A DNA stretch of 64,000 bases from contig OX597818.1 of the NCBI GenBank assembly GCA_951406725.2, positions 134,664,001 through 134,728,000 on the forward strand, in the 5' to 3' direction. Position 1 is the first letter of the stretch; every line of letters starts with the position of its first letter. A program made the translations under genes and the position numbers. This DNA is from Octopus vulgaris. Taxonomy: Eukaryota. The notes under the pieces were generated by a model that saw only the letters and a list, made by a program, of their open reading frames with translations, did no database searches and was not told the origin of the DNA. Below are positions 11,694-26,103 of the stretch, in pieces.

Positions 11694-11697
<4 letters not shown>
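10427..11697 (+). repeat. Two apparently identical 428-bp direct repeats (10427-10854, 11270-11697) flanking a CT-rich spacer, in (TA)n; pseudo-LTR-like
   Basis: Offset 843 bp and identical ORF translations in both copies. TA microsatellite at both outer ends. Confidence 0.9.
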
Positions 11698-11784
<87 letters not shown>

Positions 11785-12240
11785 TATTATATATATAGGA
11801 GTGGCTGTATGGTAAGTAGGTTGCTTACCAACCACATGGTTTCGTGTTCAGTCCCACTGCGTAACATTGGGCAAGTGTCTTCTACTATAGCCTCGGGCTG
11901 ACCAAAGCTTTGTGAGTGGATTTGGAAGACGGAAACTGAAAGAAGCCCGTCGTATATATGTATATATATATGTGTGTGTGTGTGTGTTTGTGTGTGTGTC
12001 TGTATTTGTCCCCCCAACATCGCTTGACAACCGATGGTGGTGTGCTTACGTCCCCGTAACTTAGCGGTTCGGCAAAAAGAGACCGATAGATTAAGTATAT
12101 ATAGGCTTACAAAGAATAAGTCCTGGGGTCGATTTGTTCGACTAAAGGCGGTGCTCCGGCATGGCCACAGTCACATGAAACAAGTAAAAGATATGAATAT
12201 GTTTAAATATCTAACTTGTCCTTTATGCTTGAGGTTTATG

Positions 12241-12332
12241 CAGTCTTCTGAAGAGAGCGGTATTTCTTTGTAATGATGTAATGCTTCCGTTGATCAATTA
12301 AAGGAGTCGCTCGAAATGGCCGTAATGAACTG
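12241..12332 (+). ncRNA. Type I hammerhead ribozyme with extended stem II
   Basis: CAGTCTT-CTGAAGA-GAGCGG...TCGCTC-GAAA-TGGCCG-TA-ATGAACTG; stem I imperfect. Confidence 0.7.
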
Positions 12333-12491
12333 ACACTTATACATCTTTGTTACTACGAAACTGTAATGATAGTGGTAGTAATAGTAGCAATAGTAAAGTC
12401 ATCGCAAAAGAATTGTGATACAGGTGGCTTTTATCCTGTTACACAAAATTATCATGAATACTGTTAATGTTGGTAATACACCCCCCCCCCG

Positions 12492-12549
<58 letters not shown>

Positions 12550-12583
12550 TGAAAGAATGGAGTCGAACGACGATTTAACAAAA

Positions 12584-12659
12584 TTCCTTTATTCTCGACA
12601 TATGTTTCGAAGGAATAAAGGGTGCATTATGCCGCCTTCTCATCAGGAAAAACAAGGAA
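12584..12659 (-). ncRNA. Type I hammerhead ribozyme in a TA-flanked PLE-like terminus (~12545-12990)
   Basis: Minus strand: TTCCTTGTTTTTC-CTGATGA-GAAGG...CCTTC-GAAA-CATATG-TC-GAGAATAAAGGAA. Confidence 0.85.
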
Positions 12660-12993
12660 CTTATATCAGCATCATGACGAACAAAAACTTTTAGATGACT
12701 GTCCACACGGAGTCCATAGTGATAATGAGTGTTTCTTTAAAATATTCCGTTATAAGCAGTGACGTCAAAATTGGTTGGATGGAGAAGATTCTAAAGAGTT
12801 CAAAAGTTCAAAAATTGTTGGAATGGGAAAGTTCTAAGAATAGGAGGGTGACAGAGTGCAAGTCGTATGTATGGTGGTGCGTTGTTGTTTGCTTTTGCTA
12901 ATGAGATTGAGTGCCTATGTGTGTGTATGTATATAACTGCATTCGTGTCTATGTGTGTGTATGTGTGTTCGTGATTGTGTGTGATTGTTCGTG

Positions 12994-13041
<48 letters not shown>

Positions 13042-13663
13042 AGATGTGTGAAGAGAAATAACTGACAGTTTGGTGGAAAATAAAATAAAAGCACTTATTA
13101 CATTACTGAATATCTTACTAAGCGAGTAACTTTGATGGTTGTTTGAAGATATAGTTTATACGAGTAATATGATAGCTTACTACTCGTCTTGGAGAATTTT
13201 AAGCTGGTCACAAGCTATTTTGTTAATACCACCCACACAACACCACATCACATCGCACCACCACGCACACACTAGCACTGACCACTTCCCAGCACCCACA
13301 CCATCATCCACACACCTACACATGCACACACGCACACATCAAGGTCACCAGCCCTCTTCCACACGCACATACATACTCTTATACACACGCACGCACACCT
13401 TCGTTTTGGGATCACCACTACTTTATTATCTCCCCTTCTTTCTAACTCTCCTGTGTGACCCCTCTGTCCGGCATTTGCCATGATAGATCGGAAGCCACTG
13501 CACATTCTTTATTTTATCTCCCTGTTTTTTTTCTGTGTTCTTTTCTGTGGAAGAGCGTAGGCTCTAAACGTTAAAAACTTTTTTCACTTTCCAGGCGTTA
13601 AACTGATACATCTGTTTGTTGTCTACGCCACCTGTCTTCGTCTTTTGTTTTTTTGTGAATTCT

Positions 13664-13732
<69 letters not shown>

Positions 13733-13943
13733 CAAAATAGCTAGTTGTAAAATCTCAAGAGATCAGAGTATTAACTATAATAACAAGTAAAGTCAATAGC
13801 CACATCAAAGTGATTGTTTCATGTTACGACTAGTTTAACCCCAGGCAGATCTTCCGCCAGTTATTTATCGGTGCGGCGCTGCACCCTTTATATATAATAT
13901 ATATTGCTAGCAGTGGGAGCGTGTCCCCTACCATCCTCTAGCA

Positions 13944-16008
<2,065 letters not shown>

Positions 16009-16458
16009 CTCTGGCAGATAACAGGATCGTGAGACTGACCCAGTTTGCAGCTGGTTGGTTCGTCTTCAGTCGCGAGTACCCGATCGCCAGGGTTCGCTCC
16101 AGCCAGAGATCTACCTGGTGTTAAACTAGTAGTAACATGGAACAGCCACTTAGATGTGGCGGTTGACTTTACTTTTTAGTATAGTTACTACTCTGATTTC
16201 TTCTTGAGATTTTACAACTAGCTATTTTGCTTCTTGCAAATCAGTGGCCGATGGTCGCTTTGTTTATGATATATTTATTGCTAGCTGGATCGGACCCTGG
16301 CCATCGTTCCTTCGACCGGGTACTCGCGGCTGAAGATGTATGTATGTATGTATGTATGTATGTATGTATGTATGCATGCATGTACGTATGTATATATGTA
16401 TGTATGTATGTATGTATGAATGTATGTATGTATGTATGTATACATGCATGTACGTATG

Positions 16459-16492
<34 letters not shown>

Positions 16493-16634
16493 CGTATGTA
16501 TGTATATGTAAGGATGTACGCATGTATATATGTACATACATACATTCACACACACGTACGTGCTTACATACATACATTCACACATGCGTCCGTGCTTACG
16601 CACATACATACATACGTACATACATGCATACATA

Positions 16635-17154
16635 CCGTAAATCCTCGAGTATAGTCCGCCCTTGAGTATTATACGCAAGAGATTTTAGGGAGCCGAAATT
16701 CTGAAGAATCTAAACCTTGTGTGTAATACGCACCCCTTCTCTAACTTGAGTCGTGCGTAATTAAGCAAGCAGCACCTAGTTGAACAAACACTTCCGCGCA
16801 TGCGTAATACAATAATGGTGATGTTCTTAACTGTTATATGGGAATGTAAATATGTTTGCAAATTATTTTTGTTACATGTTATTCTGTGTTTTGAATACTT
16901 TCATTTTAATAAATGTTGCTTATTGCAAGTTATGGATGATTCTTTTATGGCTTCATTGCTTTCAGGCTTAGCTTAAGGTATTTTCGCGCCCGACATCACA
17001 AAATGCGTCTGAATAAACTTTGCCGGACAACAAATAGAGACTCGGACATTGCTTAGGATATATTTTTCATTTTTAACCTCGTATATAATACGCATTGGGA
17101 TTTTGACCTTTAAATTTGGGGGAAAAAATGCGGATTATACTCGAGGATTTACGG
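16635..17154. mobile_element. Tc1/pogo-superfamily MITE (Tc2/Tigger-like CCGTA TIRs)
   Basis: TIRs CCGTAAATCCTCGAGTATA / TATACTCGAGGATTTACGG; TA on the left, inside a TACA repeat. Confidence 0.8.
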
Positions 17155-17253
17155 CACATACATACATACAGGTGGTGCTATTAAGTTAGACATGGCCTGG
17201 GCCAATAATGGCCGAAACCTATCAAAGTATCAAAGTATCATACAAACATACAT

Positions 17254-17290
<37 letters not shown>

Positions 17291-17292
<2 letters not shown>

Positions 17293-17472
17293 AAATTACC
17301 CTTTTGTTGATGCTGAAATTCCAATGAAGGGGCCTTGGATCTAGGTTAGAAACCGGTTCTTTCTCTATTGGCAAGAAATCTTGAAATAAACTGAATAACG
17401 GCATACATACATACATACATACATACATACATACATACATACATACATACATACATACATACATACATAAAT

Positions 17473-17503
<31 letters not shown>

Positions 17504-17684
17504 AAAATTACCCTTTTGTTGATGCTGAAATTCCAATGAAGGGGCCTTGGATCTAGGTTAGAAACCGGTTCTTTCTCTATTGGCAAGAAATCTTGAAATA
17601 AACTGAATAATGGCATACATACATACATACATACATACATACATACATACATACATACATACATACATACATACATACATAAAT

Positions 17685-17717
<33 letters not shown>

Positions 17718-17825
17718 AAATTACCCTTTTGTTGATGCTGAAATTCCAATGAAGGGGCCTTGGATCTAGGTTAGAAACCGGTTCTTTCTCTATTGGCAAG
17801 AAATCTTGAAATAAACTGAATAATG
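17291..17825 (+). repeat. Three tandem ~110-bp modules separated by (TACA)n(CA)n, period 212-213 bp
   Basis: Modules at ~17291, 17503 and 17716 are near-identical. Confidence 0.9.
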
Positions 17826-18346
17826 ACAAACATACAAACATACATACATACATACATACAAAGCGTGTATGCTTATTAATTCTAGTAAGGATAGGCATTA
17901 GTTTTATTATCCATACGACTGCACATGGAGTATTTAAATATTTTCGGTATTGCAAAGCACTGATGCACCTGAGTTCTTTTTAAGTTTTAAGAAAGATGTC
18001 CTTGTAAATGAATACCAGATATTTCTGCAAGTAATTGAAACTGTCAAACAGTAACATAGTACTTATTCTGTTTATACCACTAATTTCTGTAATTACTTCT
18101 TCTAGATACAATCTGCCATAATTATTTCTTTAATATGTTTTCTGTACACAGCGTAATGTCGATTAAAAGCGTTTGTTATCTGGTATATGTGGGTTTTCAT
18201 GCTCCAAGAATAATTATTAAAGGATTACTCTCTCAGCTTCTATAGATCAGTGACATAATTTACACGGTGCAACGTGGGAGCATATATAGACATACCTCAA
18301 CTTACGTCGGTAATTGGTTCTAAAATATGCAACATAGCTAGAAAAA

Positions 18347-18652
18347 CGTGAGTGTTTATTGAGCGAAAACACCTAAAAGTTCCACGAGGCTCCGGCAGGG
18401 GATGGTGGTGATCCCTGCTGTACTCTTTCACCACAACTTTCTCTCACTCTTACTTCCTGTTTCTGTTGTACCTGTATTTCAAAGGGCCGGCCTTGTCACT
18501 CTCTGTGTCACGCTGAATATCCCCGAGAACTACGTTAAGGGTGCACGTGTCTGTGGAGTGCTCAGCCACTTACACGTTAATTTCACGAGCAGGCTGTTCC
18601 GTTGATTCGGATCGACCGGAACCCTCGTCGTCGTAACCGACGGAGTGCTTCC
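18347..18652 (+). mobile_element. SINE family C, 5'-truncated
   Basis: Matches the full copy at 24917-25302. Confidence 0.8.
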
Positions 18653-18717
18653 ATCCCATTCCATCCACATAGTTTGTATATATTTTCATATGTATTTAGT
18701 TTGATGTTCCACGTCAG

Positions 18718-18882
18718 CACGGCCGGCTCAAGGTACCGGCAACTCGGGCAGTCGCCCGGGGCGCCGTGTGCTAGGGGTACCAAGGAGAGCGTGACAAAGA
18801 CAAGGACATTTCCACGATCGTCAGCTTGTACACGCCGAAGTTCAGCTTGCCCGGGGCGCAAGCGACCCTAGGGCCGGCCCTG
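18718..18882. mobile_element. GC-rich hAT-like MITE
   Basis: TIRs CACGGCCGGC / GCCGGCCCTG; imperfect 8-bp TSD CACGTCAG / CACTTCAA. Confidence 0.5.
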
Positions 18883-19410
18883 CACTTCAATATTGGTTTG
18901 TTTAGGGGGTTTTTTAATATTTTTATGCTTTTAAATATCTTCGCTGAGACCAACTGCAGCTGGATGAATCAGCTGAGGTGGAGGTTTATCTGTTCCATTA
19001 ATTTCTTTAAAAAAAAACGAAGTGAAGTCGAAAAATACGTAACTCGAAAAGACGTGTGTTGGGGTATGCCTGTACTTGGAAGATTGTACTGAGAAATTTA
19101 AACCTGCTGGGAATAGTAACCAAGTTAGCCTTGAAAACATTCTTGCATTTTTTTTTTTAAAGGGAAACATTAAATATTGTCCTTAATCACCCCAAATAGC
19201 TGGGATTGTCAGAATGTCTTCAACCGGAACTCGATTAGTTCTGCGGTTAAAAAATTTCAACATTACAAAACATATCTGACCTTCTTCACTCACATTCCTG
19301 TCATGTTTTTTTTTTTTATAAATAAACGCAGAAATTATCTACAATTAGTTCTTAAAGTGCTAGCGAAAGTTTTTCAGCAATGGAATCACGAGTTCGTATT
19401 TCCTGCCACA

Positions 19411-19735
19411 GTGAGGGCGCGTGGCTTAGTGGTTAGGGCATTCGGCTCATGATCGTAAGGTTGTGAGTTCGATTCCCGGCGACGCGTTGTGTCCTTGAGC
19501 AAGACACTTTATTTCACGTTGCTCCAGTCCACTCAGCTGGCAAAAATGAGTTGTACTTGTATTTCAAAGAGTCAGCCTTGTCACTCTCTGTGTCACGCTG
19601 ATTATCCCCGAGAACTACGTTAAGGGTGCACGTGTCTGTGGAATGCTCAGCCATTTGCACGTTAATTTCACGAGCAAGCTGTTCCGTTGATCGTATCAGC
19701 TGGGACCCTCGTCGTCGTAACCGGCGGAGTCTTTA
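19411..19735 (+). mobile_element. SINE C-related subfamily with TSD
   Basis: tRNA-like head GTGGCTTAGTGG..GAGTTCGATTCC; TSD ATTTCCTGCCACA on both sides. Confidence 0.8.
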
Positions 19736-19991
19736 ATTTCCTGCCACAAATTGAGAGGGAGAATCTATTACAATACAGTAAGTAGAGTATTGTAGAATGG
19801 ATTAACGTACAGCTGAGAGCAGTACAGCATACTACAGCGTAGTGTTGTAGAGTATATTACATTGCAGATGTCAACTGTATCCTTTGGTAGAGTACAGCAA
19901 GATACCGTACAATAGAGTACAACATACGGAACTTTGTGGTTTCCGTCACTGTTTACAATTATCTTTTAAAAAATCTTCTAATGTATCATAT

Positions 19992-20403
19992 AGGCGCAGG
20001 AGTGGCTGTGTGGTAAGTAGCTTGCTAACCAACTACATGGTTCCGGGTTCAGTCCCACTGCGTGGCATCTTGGGCAAGTGTTTTCTGCTATAGCCCCGGG
20101 CCGACCAATGCCTTGTGAGTGGATTTGGTAGACGGAAACTGAAAGAAGCCTGTCGTATATATGTATATGTATATATATATATGTATGTGTGTGTTTGTGT
20201 GTCTGTGTTTGTCCCCCTAGCATTGCTTGACAACCGATGCTGGTGTGCTTACGTCCCCGTCACTTAGCGGTTCGGCAAAAGAGACCGATAGAATAAGTAC
20301 TGGGCTTACAAAGAATAAGTCCCGGGGTCGATTTGCTCGACTAAAGGTGGTGCTCCAGCATGGCCACAGTCAAATGACTGAAACAAGTAAAAGAGTAAAA
20401 GAG
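19992..20403 (+). mobile_element. SINE family B, full length
   Basis: A box TGGCTGTGTGG, B box GGTTCAGTCCC, internal microsatellite, GTAAAAGA tail. Confidence 0.85.
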
Positions 20404-21369
20404 AGAGAGAGTATATATATGTAATTTTTGACGCTGAATCTGAATTTGCTATTCATTTATTCCAGAAAAAAAATTGCAAAAATGTTACTTGTTTTCAAAG
20501 TTTGATAATTTTCAAAATTTTCAGCCAATCAGAAAACAGCGCGTTCGCTGTTTCTTCCATCATCAGGGGCGAGGCGGAGGACATCGGCATGTCAAAACAT
20601 TTAAACTAGCTACGCGAGCAAATTAAATATTTAAAAGCTACGAACAAGCCAACGGGAGTTGCTAGAAATAACAGTCAAAACATTGTTTAAAACAGACATT
20701 TATTGGTTTAAAAATTTCGAGAAACGAAAGTTTGCAATGCACTCTTGGGTCTTATAAAATAAATTATCTTTCTCGTATCTCCTTCTTCGCATAAATTCAC
20801 AAATATAAGGGTCAACCATGCCCAGGTACTTCCAATTTGTTGAATGTGAGTCCCATCTGTTATGAAAACAAACAATTATAGAACAAGTCGTGGTTACACT
20901 CCTTGTGCGCATGCGCATCATCTTTGGTTACTATGGAAACATAGTTCTTCACAATCAGCCATGGAACACGAAGTGCTTCTTTGCTTTGGTTAAGTCTAAA
21001 ATACTCGCTTCTGATTGGCTAAAATACCTAAATTCTGCAAATTTTAAAGGCTAATAACTTTTTAATTATGGGTTTATAGGGAAAACGAATTTCATTTTCA
21101 TAATTAGTATACAAAACTTAATCCATATACAAAATTTGAAAACAATTGGATCAAAGTTGTAAACAGTGACGAAAGCTACAAAGATCCCAACATACTGCAA
21201 TAGAGTATAGTGTAGAGTACAAAATGATATAGTAGAACTCGGTACAGTAAAGTGCAGAGCTGTAAAACACATTACAGTATAGCCCAATGTAGTGCAATGT
21301 CACACTGGAATAGAAATATTAATAGTATAGAGTAGTACTACAGTACGTTTCAGTACAGCATAGTACTAT

Positions 21370-21752
21370 GGAAGCACTCCGTCGGTTACGACGACGAGGG
21401 TTCCGGTTGATCCGAATCAACGGAACAGCCTGCTCCTGAAATTAACGTGTAAGTGGCTGAGCACTCCACAGACACGTATACCCTTAACGTAGTTCTCGGG
21501 GATATTCAGCGTGACACAGAGAGTGACAAGGCCGGCCCTTTGAAATACAGGTACAACAGAAACAGGAAGTAAGAGTGAGAGAAAGTTGTGGTGAAAGAGT
21601 ACAGCAGGGATCACCACCATCCTCTGCCGGAGCCTCGTGGAGCTTTTAGGTGTTTTCGCTCAATAAACACTCACAACGCCCGGTCTGGGAATCGAAACCG
21701 CGATCCTATGACCGCGAGTCCGCTGCCCTAACCACTGGGCCATTGTGCCTCC
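21370..21752 (-). mobile_element. SINE family C, full length
   Basis: Reverse complement of 24917-25302; TSD CAGCATAGTACTA. Confidence 0.85.
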
Positions 21753-22540
21753 CCACAGCATAGTACTACAGTACTGTACAAAGTAACTGGCTGTTAATCA
21801 GAAGGTATGGAGATCAGTGTGTGATGCTAGAGTGAAACGCTTTGAAACTGAATGTAGGAGACTGCTTTAAGAGATGAGGAGACGTCGTATGTCTGTGTAT
21901 GTATGTATATGTTGCTCGGGGTCATTTTCGGTGCCCTCAGTGACACAAGATCTGCCTATTGCATATCGGTCTTGCAAGCCACGTCCGCTCATATGAGAAA
22001 CAATGTGCTAGAGGCGAAGTAAGATGAATGTCTTGGATCGACGCTGTCATCAACTTTGATGGGCTGCCATAAACCAAAAGAGCTGTACAAAACAGTACAG
22101 TAGAATACACTAACGCTTAGTGTAGTACTACAGTTCATTACATTACAGTACAGGAGAATATATTACTATAATAGAATAACATAGGGTAAAAGCAGCACAG
22201 CAGTCATTCCAACAAAACGGTACAATGCAGTATAGACCGATGTGTAAAGCCGATAGACGACAATTCACTTTTGCATCATTTTGATAACGTATTTTACGAG
22301 TCTTGTCGAGAGACGAATTTAAATGTGGTAACTGGTTTATTGTGAAAATCTTTTCTGGTGAACGTGGCAAGGTTCAGTAACCTGGATCGGTTGTTAAAGG
22401 AAGAATGTCGGATGGATTTCGGTTAATAGACTGTAGAAAAAACATGTTGGTGTAATTAGCGTTAATTTACAATGTTTAGTTGAGTCATGGATTACTCAAC
22501 TAAACTCGTTGATTTAACTTTGACAATATATTTAGTTATA

Positions 22541-23700
22541 CCTATTTCATTATTACCCACAAGGGGCTAAACACAGAGGGGACAAACAAGGACAGACATA
22601 GGTATTAAGTCGATTACATCGACCCCCAGTGCGTAACTGGTACTTAATTTATCGACCCCGAAAGGATGAAAGGCAAAGTCGACCTCGGCGGAATTTGAAC
22701 TCACAACGTAACGGCAGACGAAATACCTATTTCTTTATTACCCACAAGGGGCTAAACACAGAGGGAACAAACAAGGACAGACATAGGTATTAAGTCGATT
22801 ACATCGACCCCCAGTGCGTAACTGGTACTTAATTTATCGACCCCGAAAGGATGAAAGGCAAAGTCGACCTCGGCGGAATTTGAACTCACAACGTAACGGC
22901 AGACGAAATACCTATTTCTTTATTACCCACAAGGGGCTAAACACAGAGGGAACAAACAAGGACAGACATAGGTATTAAGTCGATTACATCGACCCCCAGT
23001 GCGTAACTGGTACTTAATTTATCGACCCCGATAGGATGAAATGCAAAGTCGACCTCGGCGGAATTTGAACTCACAACGTAACGGCAGACGAAATACCTAT
23101 TTCTTTATTACCCACAAGGGGCTAAACACAGAGGGAACAAACAAGGACAGACATAGGTATTAAGTCGATTACATCGACCCCAGTGCGTAACTGGTACTTA
23201 ATTTATCGACCCCGAAAGGATGAAAGGCAAAGTCGACCTCGGCGGAATTTGAACTCACAACGTAACGGCAGACGAAATACCTATTTCTTTATTACCCACA
23301 AGGGGCTAAACACAGAGGGAACAAACAAGGACAGACATAGGTATTAAGTCGATTACATCGACCCCAGTGCGTAACTAGTACTTAATTTATCGACCCCGAA
23401 AGGATGAAAGGCAAAGTCGACCTCGGCGGAATTTGAACTCACAACGTAACGGCAGACGAAATACCTATTTCTTTATTACCCACAAGGGGCTAAACACAGA
23501 GGGAACAAACAAGGACAGACATAGGTATTAAGTCGATTACATCGACCCCCAGTGCGTAACTAGTACTTAATTTATCGACCCCGAAAGGATGAAAGGCAAA
23601 GTCGACCTCGGCGGAATTTGAACTCACAACGTAACGGCAGACGAAATAGCGCTAAGCATTTCGCCCGGCTTGCTAACGTTTCTGCCAAGCTCGCCGCCTT
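22541..23700 (-). repeat. SINE A head + six tandem 184-185 bp bodies
   Basis: Unit starts at 22541, 22726, 22911, 23096, 23280 and 23464; single head at ~23649-23700. Confidence 0.9.
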
Positions 23701-24916
23701 TGCCACCACCATCGTGTTCTGACTCTAAATTCTACGAACATCAACTTTGCTTTTTCTGAAGTACTTAAAATAACGAGCACCTATTATGAACTGAGGTCGA
23801 ATTAATCGACTACACCCATTCTTAAAATATGTGACCTTATTTAGAACAAAGATTTTTATCATTAAACGATCTCAGTCGAGATGGACCAAGGTTAATCTTG
23901 ACCGTGTGTGTGTGTGTGTGTAAATGTCAACCAATACATTTATTCTATTTTTCAACATCCTCTTTCATTTCCTCAAGTGTTAGTTCTCGAATTGTTGTGC
24001 ACTCACAACTGACCAATCATCTTCTACTATTCGTCTGTAGCCGGAGCAAAGTCAACAGCTATGCTCATTATCTTGATAAAATCAATGCATTCCGCCCCAC
24101 TAGCTCCAACACGAACTACATCTTCAGTTTTAAGAGTTGCTGATGATTTTCTCCAAAAGAATGTCATAACAAAATCTTTTTGAACGTGAAATGCCGAGAA
24201 CTGAGGAAGTCAAATATTTCTTCATTTTTTGTTTCTCTTTTTTTTTAATGAAAAGTTAACTGCTAATCGCAAATCTTAATAAATGACCAGTTTTTTTTTT
24301 AATACCTTCTGCTAGTGTTTCAATCACTGTCCAGGTATGACTGCATTCGAACAGAACTGTTTTAAGATTTATTTCCTCAGCTAATGTTTCTGGTACTGCC
24401 CAAGCTTCACTGCTATAGAACAAGAGCTCTATCAATGCAGCTTGGCACCAAGAATGCCAAGACTATGTTGGCCGACGGCTTTTTCTGTTTCCAGACTGAG
24501 GGCACAGTTACGGTATTTAGGTCCTGGTTTAAGCTGGACCTTCAAGTGAATAAGAATAAGTTTGTGAACAAAGTAGCCTGCCGCACTTTGAAATTGGCTG
24601 AGATTTCTGAAAGGTCGGTTGGAAAGTGACTAATGTGTACATCGCCTAGGTTATGGTACTATCGCCTGACCACTATACTTTGTCCCAACAAACATTCGAT
24701 CAGCTTAGAGTGTATTCTATTATATGCAGCAAGAAGCATCCCAAGATTTCCATAGAGTCGATGTTGGCAGTAGATGAATTTCATGACTGGCAAAGTATCT
24801 ACTGCTAACACCTACTCGGTGGAAATCTTGGGATGCTGGCACTAATAACGCACAGGCACAAACTAAGACTGCCACGTATTCAGAATTCCTGTCCACACCT
24901 CATTACTATACAACAA

Positions 24917-25302
24917 GTGGAGGCGCAATGGCCCAGTGGTTAGGGCAGCGGACTCGCGGTCGTAGGATCGCGGTTTCGATTCCCAGACCGGGCATTGTGA
25001 GTGTTTATTGAGCGAAAACACCTAAAAGTTCCACGAGGCTCCGGCAGGGGATGGTGGCGATCCCTGCTGTACTCTTTCACCACAACTTTCTCTCGCTCTT
25101 ACTTCCTGTTTCTGTTGTACCTGTATTTCAAAGGGCCGGCCTTGTCACTCTCTGTGTCACGCTGAATATCCCCGAGAACTACGTTAAGGGTACACGTGTC
25201 TGTGGAGTGCTCAACCACTTAAAACATTAATTTCACGAGCAGGCTGTTCCGTTGATTCGGATCAACCGGAACCCTCATCGTCGTAACCGACGGAGTGCTT
25301 CC
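24917..25302 (+). mobile_element. SINE family C (tRNA-Arg-like head), full length
   Basis: GGAGGCGCAATGGCCCAGTGGTTAGGGCAGCGGACTCGCG...GGTTTCGATTCCC. Other copies at 28574-28965(-), 49520-49730(+) and 52120-52296(-). Confidence 0.85.
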
Positions 25303-25496
25303 ACATGTCATATTTAAGATGTGAGTAGATGTCTATTCACAAGCCCAACAACTGACCACCCATTCCACTCCTCTCACTCGTCTCCCAACTCTTCGCTTCT
25401 ACGACTACCCTTATTGTTAACCCCTCCCTCTTCTAGATCTGATACTCTTATCTCCTTTCACCCATCCCTGTTTCAACACTCCTCAAACCCCCATCG

Positions 25497-26103
25497 ATCT
25501 ATATATTATTCATATAAAAGTACAGTGTACATTTAAACACACAAGAGATGGCCTTAACAGTACATCTGACTCGCTAGACCACTAGTAGCAAAGAAATTTT
25601 CTTAATTTTTTTGCTACCCTAAGATTTATTAATTAATGATAAAAGGTTATTTGGCTAATTTTGAAAGAAAATCGGCATTTGCATTTGTTGCCGAAAAAAA
25701 CCGTGCGTGCGCGTTGGATTTTGAAAAATTATAACATATAAACGCGAGGCATGTTTTTTATTGCCTCGTCTTTATATGTTAATCTTGTCTTCCTGCTGAC
25801 GAGAGCTTTGCCAATTGTAAATTATTTTATTTACAAAAGATTGCTTGAAACTATGCATAGACCAGGAAAAATAGGGTAAATGTTTTTATTTTTCATTCCC
25901 TATCAAAATTACAACTATTAGTGGTTTGTAGTTTAACTATTCTTTCTAGCGAGTCAGATGTCCTGTTAAGGCCATCTCTTATGTGTTTAAATGCACACTG
26001 TGTTTTTATATGAATAATATATAGTCTGTTGACTAATTTTTTTCTTCTCGCTAGACCACTGGTAGCAAAGAATTTTTCTAAATATTTTTGCTACCCTAAT
26101 ATT

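Noticed and set aside
13540-13580. CTGTGGA-A-GAGC.GTAG.GCTC-TAAA-CG-TT
   Set aside because: Probably a decayed PLE hammerhead, but two core positions (A6, G12) are mutated, so it is not called functional.
20531-20570. CTGATGA-TGGAA-GAAA-CAGCG.AACG.CGCTG-TT on the minus strand
   Set aside because: Stem III is good but there is no stem I pairing and no real stem II, so it is not called an HHR.
22541-23700. CRISPR-like regular array
   Set aside because: Units are whole 184-185 bp repeats with no unique spacers; this is SINE-derived eukaryotic DNA.
24136-24170. GTTG-CTGATGA-TTTT.CTCC.AAAA-GAATGTCATAAC
   Set aside because: It has GAAT rather than GAAA, weak all-AU stems and no repeat context.
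24380-24880. Possible host exon or retroelement coding region
   Set aside because: Coding-like composition but stops in the frames I read and no motif I can confidently recognise; BLASTX would be needed.
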